Source: Eledone cirrhosa
Taxonomy: Eukaryota
Assembly (NCBI GenBank): GCA_964016885.1
Contig: OZ024742.1
Coordinates: 160,952,001 to 161,016,000 of the forward strand
Reading direction: 5' to 3'
Length of the DNA stretch: 64,000 bases
The translations under genes were made by a program, and so were the position numbers. Positions 25,108 to 37,134 of this stretch are shown here, piece after piece (the stretch's first letter is position 1; every line of letters starts with the position of its first letter). Under the pieces are notes generated by a model. That model did not search any database. It was not told where the DNA came from and saw only the letters and a list, made by a program, of their open reading frames with translations.

Positions 25108-28100
25108 AAAAAGTTACTAACTGATATAGAAATTGATCAGATCAAGCTAGTAGCACAAAGTCAGCGAAGGGAAAATGAAGCATGTGTCAGTGAAAACGAG
25201 GTAAACTGTAACACTTCGAATCCCAGAGTTGGGGCGGAATCACTGGCAACAGAACAAATTAAAGAAAGGAGCGAAAAAGTGGAGGGAGTGCATGCTCAGG
25301 ATGAAACTCCAAATGAAAATAATGAGATCGTAAATGATAAAGAAATGAATGAGAATGAACTTGCCAACTTGAAGGATGAAATTATGATCGAATGGATGAA
25401 AATGAAAGAATCTGACATGGGGGAACGAGACACCCTCCCTAAGATCCAGAACTCCAAACAGAACCAAAAGATAATACACAAGACTAACATAATTCTCAAA
25501 AACATTATCATCACAAACAAACTAAACATTACTGACTTAAATCATCTCTATTATGCATCGGCTAAAGTCACCACTCACTTATGTGGAGTGAAGATGAAAA
25601 AACAAAGGAATTCCCACAAGAAATCTACTTGGCAAGATAACATCAATCGCCAAATAAACCTTCTCCGATCTGACATAGAAATTTTAACAAACTATAAAGT
25701 AGGTGAACATGTTAAACAAACTAAACTTAGAAAATTGAAAAAAAAGTACAGTATAAGATCAACATGTGACATAGACATGCTGATAGAAACAATCAAGCAA
25801 AAAGTGTCGGCCAAAGCTGCTCGTATAAGGCGCTTTGAAAAACGATCTAGATTCTATAAGGACAATAATATGTTCAAAAACAACCAAAGAAACTTCTACA
25901 GAAAAATTGGTAAGTCAACAATAACTGCTAAATCAATACCACCCAAGGAGGAAATGCAAGAATTCTGGGAAAAGATCTGGGCCGAAGAAAAAGTTCATAA
26001 CATACATGCCCCATGGATAGACAGACAAATGAATGATACAGCTCACCTTGAGGAACAAATATGGGAAAATATAACAGTTGAACAGCTGCGCTTGGCTCTA
26101 AGAAAAACCAGCAAATGGAAATCCCCAGGAAAAGACAAAATACAAAACTTTTGGATAAATGCCTTCACAGAGTCTCATGAGCTGTTAGCCCAACTTTACA
26201 ATGAAATAGTTAAGGAGCCAGAAAAGATACCATCATGGCTAGTTAACGGCATTACATTCCTGCTACCGAAGAATGATGAGACAAACAATCCCAAAAATTA
26301 CAGACCGATAACCTGCTTGACCACAATGTATAAAATTTTAACATCAGTCCTAACTGAATACACATATGACCACCTGATAACAAATGACCTATTTCCCATT
26401 GAGCAGAAAGGGTGTAAACGAGGCTCATATGGCTGTAAGGATCAGCTTCTGGTTAACAAAATGATAGTGGAAGATTGTCATAATAGACACAAAAATCTAT
26501 CGATTGCTTGGATAGATTATAAAAAAGCATTTGATAGTTTGCCACACAGTTGGATTGAAAAATGTTTAGAGATTTTCAAAATATCCCCCGTTATCAGGAG
26601 GTTTTTGTCATTCAGTATGAGGACATGGAGAACGACACTCCTTTTGAATAGTGAAACAAAATCACTGGAAGCTGGAGAAGTTAACATTAATTGTGGAATG
26701 TTTCAGGGTGACTCTTTATCACCGCTTTTATTCTGCATCGCACTTATACCATTAAGTAAAATGCTCAATGAAACAAAACATGGATATAGAGTCTATGACA
26801 AAACCATTAATCACCTGTTCTACATGGATGACCTGAAACTATTTGCAAAAAATGATGAACAATTGCAAGGGCTATTATCCACTGTGAAGCAGTTCAGTGA
26901 TGACATTAAAATGGAATTCGGACTGGCTAAATGCGCCAAAGCAACGTTCACCAGAGGAAAGCTGCTGAAGAGTTCAGACATTAATCTTGATCGTGGGAAC
27001 GTGATAAGAGAGCTTGATCAAGAACAAACTTACAAATATCTAGGTGTTTGTGAAGGAGACGGAATCAAGCACTCGACAATGAGGGAAAGGATAAGGAAGG
27101 AATGTTACCGCAGAGTCAGAGCAATCTTAAGAACGGAATTGAATGCAAGGAATAGGATCGATGCCATAAACACGCTTGCCATACCAGTAGTAACCTACAG
27201 TTACAATGTCATCAACTGGTCAAGCACAGAGATCCGTAGGCTCGATACAAAAATCCGAAAATTCTTAACCATGCACAGAATGCATCACCCTAAAGCAGAC
27301 ATAGATAGAATATATCTCCCTAGGAAAGAAGGAGGACGTGGGTTAATCCAGTTAGACATTGCGTTGAAAATTGCAACAATTGGATTATCCACATATCTAA
27401 GGGAATCACATGATTGGATGATCAAACTCGTTTTGAAACACGAAAGCACCAAAAGATCATATTCCATTACAAAAGATGCACAAAGATACAGTAATGGACT
27501 ACAAATTTCAGAAGTCCCATTTACTGCTGAAATGGAAAACACAGAAAAAGCAAAGCAGGTAAAAGTAACTGCAAAGAAAGAACTGCTACAGAAACTGGCT
27601 AAGAAATGGCAAGAAAAGCCTCCGTATGGAAAATACCCAGAGCGAGCTAACAATCCTGATGTTGACAAAACTTTAACCCATCAGTGGTTGGCATCCTCTG
27701 GACTGAAATCGGAGACTGAAGGACTGATTATATCGGCACAAGATCAGTGTCTGCCAACAAAACATTACCAAGCCAACATAATAAAAAATGGGTGCAGCCC
27801 ATTATGCCGTGTATGCAAAAAACAACCAGAGACCATTGACCATATAATTTCAATGTGCAGTCCTATAGCTCCAACCGAATACCTAAACAGGCATGACAGA
27901 GCTGCACAATACATACATTGGATAATGTGTAAGCATTTTGACCTGCCCCATCAAAAGAATTGGTGGGAGCATCAACCACCTCCCATACTTGAAAAAGATC
28001 ACATCTCAATCTTGTGGAACTTTAGCATCCAAACAGACCGAAAAATAGATGCAAATAGACCTGATATAATATTGAAGGACTTTCAAAGGAGGGTATGCCT

Positions 28101-28371
28101 GCTAATTGATATGTCTGTTCCAATAGACAAGAATGTATCTATAAAAACATTTGAAAAATTGAGCAAGTATAAGGACCTGGAGATAGAAATTGGAAAAATG
28201 TGGAAATTGAGAACTAAAACAATAGCAGTGGTTGTAGGCGCTCTGGGAATGATACCTAAGGGGTCTAACGACTACTTATCGCAAATCCCAGGAAACCCGC
28301 GTATAGGAGAAATACAAAAGATAGTACTAATGGGAACTGCCCATATACTAAGGAAGATCCTGTCAATATAA
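25108..28371 (+). CDS. RT + CCHC zinc finger + restriction-like endonuclease polyprotein (uninterrupted frame, probably missing the extreme N-terminus)
   Basis: WKSPGKD, NYRPITCL, DYKKAFDS, QGDSLSP, YMDD, YKYLG, CRVC..ETIDHIISMC, RHD, RPD..D..K..KY. Confidence 0.93.
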   Translation, partial: KKLLTDIEIDQIKLVAQSQRRENEACVSENEVNCNTSNPRVGAESLATEQIKERSEKVEGVHAQDETPNENNEIVNDKEMNENELANLKDEIMIEWMKMKESDMGERDTLPKIQNSKQNQKIIHKTNIILKNIIITNKLNITDLNHLYYASAKVTTHLCGVKMKKQRNSHKKSTWQDNINRQINLLRSDIEILTNYKVGEHVKQTKLRKLKKKYSIRSTCDIDMLIETIKQKVSAKAARIRRFEKRSRFYKDNNMFKNNQRNFYRKIGKSTITAKSIPPKEEMQEFWEKIWAEEKVHNIHAPWIDRQMNDTAHLEEQIWENITVEQLRLALRKTSKWKSPGKDKIQNFWINAFTESHELLAQLYNEIVKEPEKIPSWLVNGITFLLPKNDETNNPKNYRPITCLTTMYKILTSVLTEYTYDHLITNDLFPIEQKGCKRGSYGCKDQLLVNKMIVEDCHNRHKNLSIAWIDYKKAFDSLPHSWIEKCLEIFKISPVIRRFLSFSMRTWRTTLLLNSETKSLEAGEVNINCGMFQGDSLSPLLFCIALIPLSKMLNETKHGYRVYDKTINHLFYMDDLKLFAKNDEQLQGLLSTVKQFSDDIKMEFGLAKCAKATFTRGKLLKSSDINLDRGNVIRELDQEQTYKYLGVCEGDGIKHSTMRERIRKECYRRVRAILRTELNARNRIDAINTLAIPVVTYSYNVINWSSTEIRRLDTKIRKFLTMHRMHHPKADIDRIYLPRKEGGRGLIQLDIALKIATIGLSTYLRESHDWMIKLVLKHESTKRSYSITKDAQRYSNGLQISEVPFTAEMENTEKAKQVKVTAKKELLQKLAKKWQEKPPYGKYPERANNPDVDKTLTHQWLASSGLKSETEGLIISAQDQCLPTKHYQANIIKNGCSPLCRVCKKQPETIDHIISMCSPIAPTEYLNRHDRAAQYIHWIMCKHFDLPHQKNWWEHQPPPILEKDHISILWNFSIQTDRKIDANRPDIILKDFQRRVCLLIDMSVPIDKNVSIKTFEKLSKYKDLEIEIGKMWKLRTKTIAVVVGALGMIPKGSNDYLSQIPGNPRIGEIQKIVLMGTAHILRKILSI

Positions 28372-28511
28372 GTACATCACAAGTCTAAACACTAAGGATG
28401 CATGTGTGAATATGTGTGTTCTTTCTTGAACATGGCGGACCTTGTTGTCTCTTGAGGTCACTGGTTGTGACTTGGTGATAACTCGTATAAACATAAAGCA
28501 AGATAAATGCA

Positions 28512-28543
<32 letters not shown>
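25108..28543 (+). mobile_element. near full-length R4/Dong-type non-LTR retrotransposon
   Basis: Long RT-REL ORF, ~140-nt 3' UTR and (AAT)n tail; begins directly after an (AAT)n(GAA)n tract. Confidence 0.95.
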
Positions 28544-28544
<1 letters not shown>

Positions 28545-29203
28545 TGTCGTATTACATTCTTTGAAAGGATTAGCTCTGACACAGCTAATGGACGAATATT
28601 TCTTAAAAGGTTTGAAAGATTCGAACCTAGTTTCGGCAGTAATGAGTTCTGACAACAGGTTGAGAATTCCATATATCTGAGTCGGAAACAATCATGACAA
28701 GGGATGAGGAAACATGGGGTTGCACTTAATATACTCCTCCTCCCGGTTTTCAATGGTGCACCTTCAGATTTAGAAAATAAATTACGGCGATATGAACTTC
28801 ACTCTAAAATTATCACGAATTAGAGTGCACACGTCACAAGCACTAAAGCCTGGCATTGGGTTTATATCTAAGCCGAAGTGAGTCTCGACAATGACTGATG
28901 AACCAAATCAAAACAGCTAAGTTTTGAACTGAGAACGTTAAAACTTTTTGTCCAAAATAGAGCTCTATTTATGTTGTGTGGTTACTGCGACAGAAACGGT
29001 GTGGTTGGTTTTTAAAAAAAATGATTGGTTCAATTTTGACGCTGTCGTGTGTTTCAACAACTGTCAATGTTGACTTCAGAATGTTTAATGTTTTCACAGA
29101 TGATGGAATTCAACATCAATCAACATTGAACATGATGGTGATGGTGTCAGTGATTATGATGATGATGATTATATGATGCAAATAAACTACATATATATGT
29201 ATG

Positions 29204-29236
<33 letters not shown>

Positions 29237-29238
29237 GT

Positions 29239-29750
29239 AATCTGAGATTTTCGAATATTAATAATAATATTCGATTCGTTTGCAATTATTCAAACAGCCT
29301 CTTTAAAGTCATGTCAGTAGAATGACTCCATCATTCTTGTTCTTGTGTTGGCATGTAAACAGAACTGCAAAGCTGGCCATTAATCGCTCGTATACATGAA
29401 ACTGACTGGCCTGTCTGTTGATATGCAAATCTAGTTGATCAGTGGATCTGCTAATATACAGATCTGGCTGATCAGGCAGTCTGCTAATATGCAAATCAGG
29501 CCGATCTGTCACTGTATATTTTTAGAAAGTATCATATATTTTCACTAGCTCTGATGACAGTTGGCAGATAAGCAGTATATTGTACTGGTGAAGGGTAATC
29601 ACCCAGAAACATTAGTGTCTGCAGTTCTGTTTATATGCCAACACAAGAGCAAGAATGACGCTGTCATTCTACTGACATGGCTTTAAAGAGGCTGTTTTCA
29701 TAATTGCAAACGAATCAAATATTGTTATTAATATTCGAAAAACTCAGATT
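29239..29750. mobile_element. fold-back element with hammerhead (29579-29625) in a long hairpin
   Basis: Arms 29239-29369 and 29620-29750; attgta-CTGGTGA-a gggt aatc accc a-GAAA-ca ttag tg-TC-tgcagt; stem I is extended by gttggcagataagcag/ctgtttatatgccaac; ~33-bp tandem repeats in the spacer. Confidence 0.85.
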
Positions 29751-29907
29751 TATCTTCCCTGCTTTTTCTCCCCTGCTTTATCTCATATATATATATAGCT
29801 ATTTCAGAGCACCAATTCTAATTTTCAATTTCTGCTTGACCGGCACCCGCTCTGTATAATCAGTTCCTGATTATTACTAGAATTCTATAAGAATCAAACA
29901 TTCATGA

Positions 29908-30000
29908 TTTTCAGCAAACAGGTGGAGTACTTAGCTTTGATAAGTACCAAAAAGTACGAAACAGGGCTCTGTCAGCTTTATCTCCCCTGTTTGCTGAAAA
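29908..30000 (+). ncRNA. hammerhead ribozyme, U3-A8 core variant, long stem I
   Basis: ttttcagcaaacagg..agct-TTGATAA-gtac caaaaa gtac-GAAA-cag ggct ctg-TC-agct..cctgtttgctgaaaa. Confidence 0.85.
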
Positions 30001-30103
30001 TTTAAAGTAAGTGAGACTGTCACTACTCTAAAACAATAGCGTAAGGTCTTCTAAATGCTTTTAATTAAGCATACAGTGTATTGCAAAATACACTATATAT
30101 ACA

Positions 30104-30151
<48 letters not shown>

Positions 30152-30158
<7 letters not shown>

Positions 30159-30277
30159 GGAGCTTCTACAGGACTAGTACTGTTTCATTCAGATGAAATC
30201 TTCAGGAAGCACTTCAGTGCTTCCTGAAGATTTCATCTGAATGAAACAGTACTAGTCCTGTAGAAGCTCCTTCTATA
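30152..30277. ncRNA. perfect palindrome containing two back-to-back intact hammerheads (30219-30267 +, 30162-30210 -)
   Basis: gcttc-CTGAAGA-t ttca tc tgaa t-GAAA-cag tactagtc ctg-TA-gaagc; 62-bp arms with a 2-nt loop. Confidence 0.9.
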
Positions 30278-30354
30278 AAATAAAAAAAGTTTACTCTGCC
30301 ATGTATTGAGTACCTTACTTACTGTGGTTATCCCCGACTCAACCCGGGACCTAC

Positions 30355-30390
<36 letters not shown>

Positions 30391-30617
30391 CAAAGGAATT
30401 GTGGTAAGGAACCAGATGGACCATAACGCACCAGAGTACTCAATACTTAGGGTAGTAGAGTTGGAAATAGGAAAAAGTATGACCCCGACGGCAGAGCTCA
30501 AGCCGTTTCGACGGCTATTTCTAAATTCAGTCCAGAAATAGCCGTCGAAACGGCTTAAGCTCTGCCGTCGGGGTCATACTTTTTCCTATATATATATATA
30601 TATATATATATAGTTCT

Positions 30618-30692
30618 TGACACCTGCGAGGAATCGAACCCACATCTCTCTGTTGCGGGTGAGTGTATTAACCACTACGTTAAACAAGGTCA
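30618..30692 (-). other. tRNA-like (Pol III A/B box) sequence, probably a pseudo-tRNA or SINE head
   Basis: Reverse complement: gaccttgtttaacgtagtggttaatacactcacccgcaacagagagatgtgggttcgattcctcgcaggtgtca; A box and GGTTCGATTCC present, stems imperfect. Confidence 0.55.
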
Positions 30693-30783
30693 TACTGATA
30701 TTTCAGGATTAGTCTTTCGTCTACGAAACGTCATTATTCCATTCTATCTAGAGCGTACTATCTTATCTAAATTCACTATCTTA

Positions 30784-30864
30784 ACTTGAATTATATTTCA
30801 TCTTTCATCTTGAATTATATTTCATCTTGAATTATATTTCATCTTTCATCTTGAATTATATTTT
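30784..30864. repeat. short minisatellite (cttgaattatatttcat(ctttcat)) x4
   Basis: Direct inspection. Confidence 0.85.
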
Positions 30865-30929
30865 ATGGGCAAATATGTTTAAACGCAATTATAGTTGTGG
30901 ATATTAGGGCTATATCCGTCCCATAGACT

Positions 30930-32130
30930 ATAAGATCGAAGACTTATACGGGGAGAGCAATGTGTTAGTTATTCATATGAAGGATACCAAAGATAGGCCT
31001 TTCTAGATCTACGTCTATATAGGAAGGCTATTGGTCTGCATGATTCTGCTTGTTTGGAACTTTTGCTTGGCTTTTGAAGCATAAGAACTTTGTCCAGATA
31101 CTGGTGTTTCGGTAGTGTTGTAACGGTGGGGATTGGAGTGATTCATTGAGGTTATCAGTATTTTTAAATGTATGTTTATTGTTTTGTCCATCCCTGAATT
31201 GTTGGATTCCTGTATTATTTCCAATAGAGGATCTAAATGACGGGCGCATATTTTTGCTTTTGTGTTCTTGTCTCCTGCGTGTTTGTGGATGATTTTTAAA
31301 GAAAAATGTTTGATAAAGCCGCTTTTCCTTCAGTGTATGATGAAGTGTAATCGTTATTAGAATTGTGCGTATTACTAATTACTATGTCTAATGCTTCGCT
31401 GTTTGTTTTGTTGTTTAGTTTCTTATCGTTGGGTTTTATTTCTGCTGAGTGTGAAGCTGATGGGTTTATCTATCTGAGGTTATCTTTATTTCTATTAGGT
31501 TGAATATTTCAGCAATGTAATCAGGATTTTATGGTTTATGTTGCTTTGTGGAACATGTTTTTTAAGTATCCATAATTAGTTTGTTAGATGTATATATTGT
31601 AGTAGTGTCTATGTTCATCACTGAGGTATTGGTAAGTTGTATATACTTTTATCTAAGTGGGACTAGTTTCTTTAGGGGACTTAATGAAAATGCTTGTATT
31701 TTGTTCAATGTGTGTGACGTGTTATGAGGATTATATGTAGTTTGGTAGAGGGAGTCGTATGGCTGCATTCCATACGATTGTGGAATCTAGATGTGAAGGT
31801 TAATTCCGGAAAATTGTCATTGTTAGCCATATGAGGTATTTGAATATGTTGGTGGAGGTTGTTTTCGATATAATGGGAGTTTAATTGTGATATTATTTTG
31901 TCAGCCTTCATGTTATCTATAATGTTTTTTATACCAAAATATGTTGTATACATTGACGTAGCTTCGAGTAATAGGGATTGGAAGTGTGTTAAGCTGTTTA
32001 GTTGGTTGGTAAGAAGAGAAAGAGTATGTATATGACTATTATGTTAATGTGCTGTTGTATTTCTAATGGCTGCATTTTTTAGTGTGTTGTGTTTCGAGAA
32101 TTATTTGATGTATCTGAATCAATTATTCGA
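30930..32130 (-). pseudogene. possible heavily decayed retroelement (PLE-like) coding remnant
   Basis: Strong A/C strand bias on the minus strand and only weak motif remnants (e.g. FPELTFT); no convincing catalytic motif. Confidence 0.3.
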
Positions 32131-32265
32131 TCAACAGAATGACCAGCTCGTAAATTAGCGTTTACTTAGCATAAATTCGTAGGCGTATACTTAACTTAAT
32201 TTCCATATCGAATTAGCACGACACAATAAGTCAAGAAGATGGACCATTGGATTAGAGAGAGAGAG

Positions 32266-32311
<46 letters not shown>

Positions 32312-33969
32312 AGAGAGAGAGAGTGTGTGTGTGTGTGTGTGTGTGCGTGTGTGTGTGTGAGAGAGAGAGAGATTGGGGGTAGAGACCCCAGGACTTAATT
32401 TGTACTTTATTTATTGATCCTAAACTCATGAACGGCAAATTTGACCTTGGTTGTAATAGAAGTTGGAATACAGAAAGCCGAAACAAATACCGTAGGTTAT
32501 ATTTCCAACACTCTAAAGACTCTGCCAATTCATCACCTCATCCAACACGAATGAAAAAAAATAAAAGCGGAATCCGAAACAGTGATTGTGTGCGTCAACA
32601 AAAAATATTTAAAGAAATTCACAACTGGCTAAGTTCGTCTGCTCGGAAAGACAAGATTCTCTCCTCTGTCGAAGGCCGTTTGCTTCAAACTTCAGAATTC
32701 TTGTCTATTCACGAGAAAACCTTCACTAGTGTTAACACAATTTCATTAGTAGGCGCAAAGTTAAAAGTACCAATTTATTTTATCATATCCTTCCCCCTTA
32801 TATGATTATATCGTGTTTTAACAGAGCATATCTATTTTTCATGTTCATCCACATTAAATTACGAAGATTTTATGATTTAATTTCCTGTTGTAAAAAGATT
32901 ATGTAAAATTAGAATATAGTTTTTCATAAAGTGTTACTTTTCGTATTATGATGTAAAAAATGATGTCACAGTTTCATGCATTTATAAGCAGTGGTGTAAA
33001 TAATTTATAACGTAACAATGACGTCATAATTTTGAAATTGTGAGGTAGTGTGCACCTTCTTCTTTTTCTTCTTCTTCGCGTTTTTCTTCTTCTTCGCGCT
33101 TTTCTTCTTCTTCGCCCATTCAACCTTGGGTCGACTCATGCATTGAGTGAAATTGGAGAGACGGAAACTGTTTGAAAGTCTGTAGGATGGACTGTACCTG
33201 TAATTCGAAGGGCCAGTCTTGTCACATACTGTGATACGTTGAATCTCTGGAGTGCTAAGCCACTTACATGTTAATTTCCGTTTGTCAAACAAATGGACTG
33301 CTCATCATCGAAGGAGATCCATTCGATAACATGGCATAACAACTGTATATATAATAATCTATATTATAAAAGTCAAGCTGATCTCCATCTGTCTGTCCCT
33401 CACAACATATATGTAGGGGGAAAGAAGGGGAGGAATCAAAAGGGGAGATAACCCCTGTCATAACATACATCTAGAAGGAGGGAAGAAGGGAGGAGAGGAA
33501 CATTTGCTGTTGTTAAGAGAAAAACAGTGAAAGTGAGAGTGTGTGTGTGAAACATAGATAGTTGAAAGAGTCATTCAACAATACGTTGACATCATAATAG
33601 AAACAAATGTGTTGACAATCATGCGCCTAAAATACCCGCGTTTTTAATCAACGAATATACATATTCTGGAGAATATGAAACAAAGTTTGAAATAAAGTAG
33701 AAATACGGCGTAAGCTTATATTTCTATTTTATTTCAAACTTCGCTCGCTGTTTCAAAACAAACTTGCTTTGTCTTTATAAAACAATGTATTTCAAATAGA
33801 TGTTATTGTTCAAGAGTATTGAAACTTCTATTAATCTTCATCGAGAAAGTCAATCTAAACATTATTTGTATAATTTATTAAGGTAGCGTAGAGTATGTCC
33901 TTCAGTATATAGTGAAAGTTAATACAGACTTCAGAGCTTCAGAGGAGACCAGAACATTTGTCCGTCAGA

Positions 33970-34029
<60 letters not shown>

Positions 34030-34030
<1 letters not shown>

Positions 34031-34725
34031 CGTTTCTGAATTTGACAGACAAAAAAATATAGTGTACATAGATGAGACAGCTCGTAGTGTAGGGGAACGG
34101 ATAAATGAACACTGGCGAGACCTTCAAGATAGTAAATAATCATCTGTACTCTACCAACATGCTAAAATAGAACATAAGGGTAAATTAGAGAACATAGAAA
34201 TAAAAATAGAATCTACACACAGAAAAGACGCAATGTTTAGACAAATCACAGAGGCAATAAACATAAAAGAATTACAACCAAAATTAAATAGAAAATATGA
34301 GTGGAACAGCAACATCACAACTTACAATTAAGGACAAAATGAAAACACACACATAGAACAAACAACCAACCGGTAACATGTAAATAAACAAATAAATAAA
34401 CAAATATAAACACACACAGACACCCGGATGTGGCGCATGCGCAGACTGAGCACACAACACACACACAGAAACAAAATGGCGTAGGACAGAACAAAGGAGA
34501 GGCACAAAAACAAAGAAAAGAATCCCCAGTCACTGAAGAGGTCACAGAATGTGTGACGAAAGAACTTTGACAATATATATAAACAACTATCTGGTTGTGG
34601 AACCAACCAACCAACCAGAAATTTATAAATTCCTAAATTTATAAATTTATTATAATAAATTGAAGTGAAAGCAACTGGTGCGTGTGTTTCTTATTGGCAA
34701 CATGACCCTCCCAAAGTATAACAAT
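34030..34725 (+). mobile_element. 3' fragment of a sister Neptune-type PLE family
   Basis: VYIDETARSVGERINEHW..SVLYQHA..RQITEA..PKLNRKYEWN; terminus atgaccctcccaaagtataacaa matches 9833-9855; an inverted terminal stub lies at 49221-49244. Confidence 0.9.
34529..34571 (+). ncRNA. minimal hammerhead in PLE 3' UTR
   Basis: gtca-CTGAAGA-g gtcaca gaatg tgtgac-GAAA-gaac-TT-tgac. Confidence 0.85.
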
Positions 34726-36132
34726 ATATATATATATATATATTAATTCAAAATATTAACAAAATAGATATTCTTGTGATCAAGTATATTTTATTATACA
34801 TATTTCAGAGGTACTGAGTTAACTTCAAAAGTACGTCCTTTCTATCATCTTCGTGGACACTTTAGAAGTGTTGTTTGTCTATTATATAAATAAAATAAAA
34901 TAAACCCTAGCATTTTAAACGATATATTTTTTAATATTGGACACTTTTATGTTCGCAAACAATTCATTATTTTTACTTTTTTCACTTGTTATTTTGTATC
35001 TGGTCCTTATCCTTGGGACTCATGAGGTTTTGACTTATATATTTTATAGTATATATCTATTAAATGATCCTATTACAATGATTGATCTAAAACATTAATT
35101 TTAACAATATTTCCAGTAACTTATTTATTGTATGGTATTATGTTATGTCTAATTGAGAGGCATCATCTTAATCTTTAGACAATATAATCTTTGTGTATTT
35201 TTTTGATAAACGCACATATGTAATTTAATAATCAGACTTTTTAAGTTTAATTATAAGGCCTGCTGATCCTTTAAGCATTCAAATTGTTAATCTTAAAATT
35301 CTTTAAAAAAATGACAACTGTAATTATTTTCTAAATTATAGTATTAATTTAATATTATATAATAAAGTTAGTAAAGTTTACCTTCGTGGGGTTCTAAAAA
35401 CATTATGTTTTCTTTCTCATGTTTGTAAATCCTTTAAATTTGATTCCATAAAATTTGTTTTTAGAAATTAAACTTGATAGTATACTTTAATATTAATACA
35501 GACATTTATTAACTTTTATAACCTAAAATATTATTCATTACTCTGAACTAACTTAAATTAAATGTTTTGAATGTTAACGGTCAACCAGATATGTTTGGAT
35601 ATATATTGTATATATGGATAGTTGTCTAAGGACTTGATATTAACCTTCATATGAATAAACACAATTATATTTAAAATTCCAATTGATGAATACTTTTAAA
35701 TGTTTTTAGATATTTCAATAATTCAATAAATTGTGTTTTTTCCATTTCCTAAAGCTAAGCCCAAATATTGTTTTAGTTTAATATCTCCCTATAATATTAC
35801 ATTGTATAAGTTATTCCTCTTTATCTCTCTCTGTAATCAACTCTTCTTTGTTTTTCTAGGCTCCTACTAGCTATATTATCCCCTCATCTGTTACTTCCTT
35901 TATGCCTTTCTTTTCTTTCCTCCTTCTTCAGTAATTTAAATTATTTAACAGTTATTTTGCTGCCATGTATTTTTTAAACTTTCTCACACGTACCCTCTCT
36001 ATTGTATGTATTATGTGTTTTTCTCATGTTTTCAATATTAAAGTATATAAATATTGGATATTGTCATATATTACTCACTACCATGACTGAATCTTAACCA
36101 TCTACTATGTTAGGGTATGTCATGCATCATCT

Positions 36133-36199
36133 TATTTTATCTGATGAGGACGTACTGTTGAAATTAACTGAGTACCTCTGAAATGTGTATAATAAAATA
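36133..36199 (+). ncRNA. type I hammerhead; inverted partial copy at 34741-34839 brackets a 1.5-kb AT-rich element
   Basis: tattttat-CTGATGA-..gtact..agtac..-GAAA-tgtgta-TA-ataaaata (8-bp stem I). Confidence 0.85.
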
Positions 36200-36410
36200 T
36201 ACTTGATCACAAGAATATCTATTTTGTTAATATTTTGAATTAATATTAATAACTCCGGATAACCAATTCTGTTGAGTGCTTCCAATCTATTGTAAAACTC
36301 ATTCTTTGATTTATTCATTGAACCTTGTTTAACCTTTAAATATATATATATATATAAAACAGAGAATGTCTGTCTGTCAGCTCCCTTTAAACTGCTTAAA
36401 CTTTAATCTG

Positions 36411-36502
<92 letters not shown>

Positions 36503-36679
36503 ATGTATGTATATATAATTATATATTCGTGTACAGATATTTTTGCATACACAATAACAAAATATAAACAAACGTATTTATTTCACGAGGCTCGATAAGG
36601 ATAAATATATATATATATATAAGAACCCTAGAGCAAATTCCAAGCAACGCCGGGCCATTCTGCAAGTATATATATATAT

Positions 36680-37134
36680 AATAGAGATATGATTTCGCTT
36701 CAAGCATAGCGTTATACAAGTATGTATAGAAATTTCGTATTTCTAAAGAAATACGGTTTTAGGAAGCCGTAGCTATGCGAACACCAGGGCTAACACCCTC
36801 TGGTGATGTCCAGCAGAAGCAAGGGGGACAACCGTCTATGCATTTCAGGCTTGACTGGCCTTCTTCGGGACGGTCCCTGCCACCGCTTGCGACTGCTGAA
36901 CTTAACAGTCGAGAATATATAGTTTTCTCGTCTGTGTAAATGTAGTGATTAATCTCATTTGCATATGAAGCTGCATAAGTTGGCTCAACTTATAATAGAA
37001 TAGAAATAAGATTTCGCTTCAAGCATAGCTTTATACAAATATGTACAGAAATTTCGTATTTTTAAAGAAATACGGTTTTAGGAAGCCGTAGCTATGCAAA
37101 TACCGGGGCTAACGCCCTCTGGTGGTGTCCAACA

